Shown here: piece after piece, positions 61,451 through 64,000 of the stretch | Numbering within the stretch: position 1 is the first letter of the stretch | How the letters are laid out: each line of letters opens with the position of its first letter | NCBI GenBank assembly: GCA_038087875.1 | Contig: CM075994.1 | Coordinates: 4,466,001-4,530,000 of the forward strand | From: Malacoraja senta | Lineage: Eukaryota | Direction of reading: 5' to 3' | Length of the DNA stretch: 64,000 bases | Position numbers and translations under genes: made by a program | Notes under the pieces: generated by a model | Seen by the model: only the letters and a program-made list of their open reading frames with translations | Databases searched by the model: none | What the model was told of the DNA's origin: nothing

Positions 61451-64000
61451 ATTGGTATTGGAGTGAGTGTGTATGTTTTAGTTTGAGTGTGTAAGTGTCT
61501 GTGTGTGAACGTGTGAGTGAGTCTGTGTACAATGTGAGAATGTATAAGTGTGTGACAGTGAGTGTGCAAGAGTGAGCATGTGAGTGAGTACGAGTGTAAG
61601 TATGTGTGAGAGAGCATGTGTGTATGCGTGAGTGTGTGTGTTTGTGTATGAATGTGTGTGTTTGAGTGCATGTGTGTTTTACATAAGTGTGAGTGTGCGT
61701 GGTGTGAGACTCCGTGCCGGGTGTGGACCGCTGCCCCGATGGTCCCCCGGACCCCCCCTGCTAAGGTTTGTGTTTGCTTCAAACAGATAACAACCCAATA
61801 ATTAGTAATAAAGCGGTAAAATCTTTATTTTGCCCAGGCGGGTATGGCAGTCAAGTCTCACAGTATGTAAAATGGTCACTCTATCCCCACACACAGAGGT
61901 AATGTTCAATCAGATATATTTATACCCTAATAATCAGCAATTCAGCAATTCTTTATTATACAGCGCATTGTACAGCCTCTTGCCTGTTAGGATTGACAGG
62001 TTCTTCAGATAGAGGAAAGGTTAGCCCATATATGATTATGCTGAAGGAGCTGTTTTTTGCAGATTCAAGCACTCTTGTTTATTGACCTTGTTGATCTATT
62101 GTTTGTACATTGCAATCTGTACAGCAGAGGGAAAGAACCATTGTCTGAAAATTTTTCTGATTGCTTATATCATAGAGCAAAAATATCGAGTATTATTGTG
62201 CTGAAATCTTGCTTGTGTAATAGAAGAAAGGCAAAACATTTATGTTATTGTGCAGAACTGTCACTAGTGTAGTAGGAGAAAGGTTAAGCATCCATTTTAT
62301 TGCCTCTAAATCTACAGCTGAATCCATTTTATAACTTTTAAATCTTTAAACTTTCTCACCCCTCACCCCCCCTCCCCAGAAGGGGGCGCTCTCGCTCCCA
62401 CCCCCTCTTGTCGCTTCTGTCCAGGATTTTGAAAATAAAAATGATAGAGCCATTGGAAGAGGTAGTTGAGGCCGGACTTTATCAGCTTTTAAAGACATTT
62501 GGATGGGTACATGGACAGGAAAGGTTCAGAGGGAACATGAGGGAACTGGAGAGAAGGAATGGGTGAGGTTTTGCGTCGAGACTGAGTCGGGAGAGGGAAA
62601 CAAGAGATATGGAAGGGTATGGTGTGAAAACGACGATCAAAGCAGACGTGGATCAAGGAGCCGTGGATTGAGCAGGGGTGATCACAGAGGGGGAGCAGCG
62701 AAAGAGGGTGTTGCAGAACTCTCATCGGAGAGTGGAAGAGAACTTTGTCAAAGTAGACATACCTTGCAGCTCGTTCCATAAACCCACCACCCTCTGTGTG
62801 ACACAGTTGCCCCTCGGGTTCTTATTGAATCTTCCCCTCTCACCTTAAATCTATGTTATCGGCTCCTTTATTCACGTACTCGAGGTAAAAGACTGCACAT
62901 TCATCTTATCTATTCCCCTCGTGATTTTATACACCTCTATAAGAACGCCCCTAAGCCTCTAAGCAATAGAGTCCTAGCCTGCCCAAGCTCTCCTTGTAGG
63001 TCAGGCCCTCGAGTCCTGGCAACATCCTCATAAAATATCTCTGCACGCTTTCCAGCTTAATGACATTGTAATTTTATTTGGGTACGTGTTACCTGTCCAC
63101 AATAATTTGTGAAGATGGAAGTTTGATGGTTCAATCTGATGGTGACAATTTGCGACATTCTGCACAGTGCCATCTGCTTATCATGTGCATTGGAACAAAG
63201 GGCTGTGGTTCAGATTGAACCACGCCAAGAGTATTGCAATGATCTTTTGTATTCTGTGCCAAATCATGCGTTTGCAAGTTGTGAGGGAGTGTTGAAGAAG
63301 GTGTTCTAGAGAATATAATCATGTACAAAATGCAGGATCTAACCAGCAGTTACGGGGGCACAAGCATTTACAAATGCTTTCAATGCAAGAGTCAAGAGTG
63401 TTTTATCATCACATGTCCCAGACAGAACAATTAAATTCTTACTCGCAGCAGCACAACAGAATATGTAAACATATATAAGAAGGAACAGCAGATGCTGGTT
63501 TACACCGACGATAGACACATGGTACTGGAGTAACTCAACGGGACAGGCAGCATCTCTGGATAGAAGGACTGGGTGACGTTTCGGGCTAAGAATCAGGGGA
63601 GTGGGTGTCTGGAAATATGGAGGATATAAAACCCTAGTGAGCGCGGAAATAAAACCTGGGGGAATGTAAATGTGGGAAGAGTGCGGCCTACACCATCTTG
63701 GAGCCGCGCACTCCGGTGAGGAGGCACCAATTCAGGATTTACCTGGACTTACCTTGTCAAAACATCTGGAAACCCACAGCGGCGACTGCGGAGGGTTGAA
63801 GGACCCGACCACGGGGGGAAATGGAGGAGGACTGGCCAAATTTTGTGCCTTCCACCACGTGATGAATGCTGTGGTGGATGTTTGTGTTAAATTTTTATTG
63901 TGTATTGTGTGTTTTTTTTATTGTACCGCTGCTGGCAAATTCATTTCACTTGCAGTTTATGTGCAAGTGACGAATAAATCTTGACTTGACTTGAGTGAAA

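Overview
Eukaryotic, repeat-dense vertebrate DNA. The repeat types (HE1-like V-SINEs, CR1 LINEs with (TTTCTATG)n tails, Penelope pLTR fragments) point to a cartilaginous fish, probably a skate or ray. Four intron-containing genes can be read. (1) A complete 7-exon CCDC105/TEKTL1-like gene on the minus strand (19382 to 4957, about 509 aa) with a +1 frameshift in exon 4. (2) The large first coding exon of PPP1R18/phostensin (+, 28190-30618), containing about 10 copies of a 38-aa repeat and one homopolymer frameshift. (3) The last two exons of DHX16 (+), just after a 200-N gap. (4) A complete ZNRD1/POLR1H (RPA12) coding sequence (+, 57952-60500). PPP1R18, DHX16 and ZNRD1 are MHC class I framework genes in human. 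The rest is mostly CR1, L2, Rex/Babar, Penelope, V-SINE and THAP/ISL2EU or Harbinger-type transposon remnants plus simple repeats. The main points of interest are many minimal hammerhead-ribozyme cores in Penelope-derived fold-back repeats, a possible MHC-linked CCDC105 paralogue, a 45-bp array of CTCF-like motifs, and tandemly amplified YY1/NRF1-type promoter motifs. Gene identities rest on protein sequences recalled from memory, not a database search. Exon boundaries were checked by hand; repeat boundaries are approximate.
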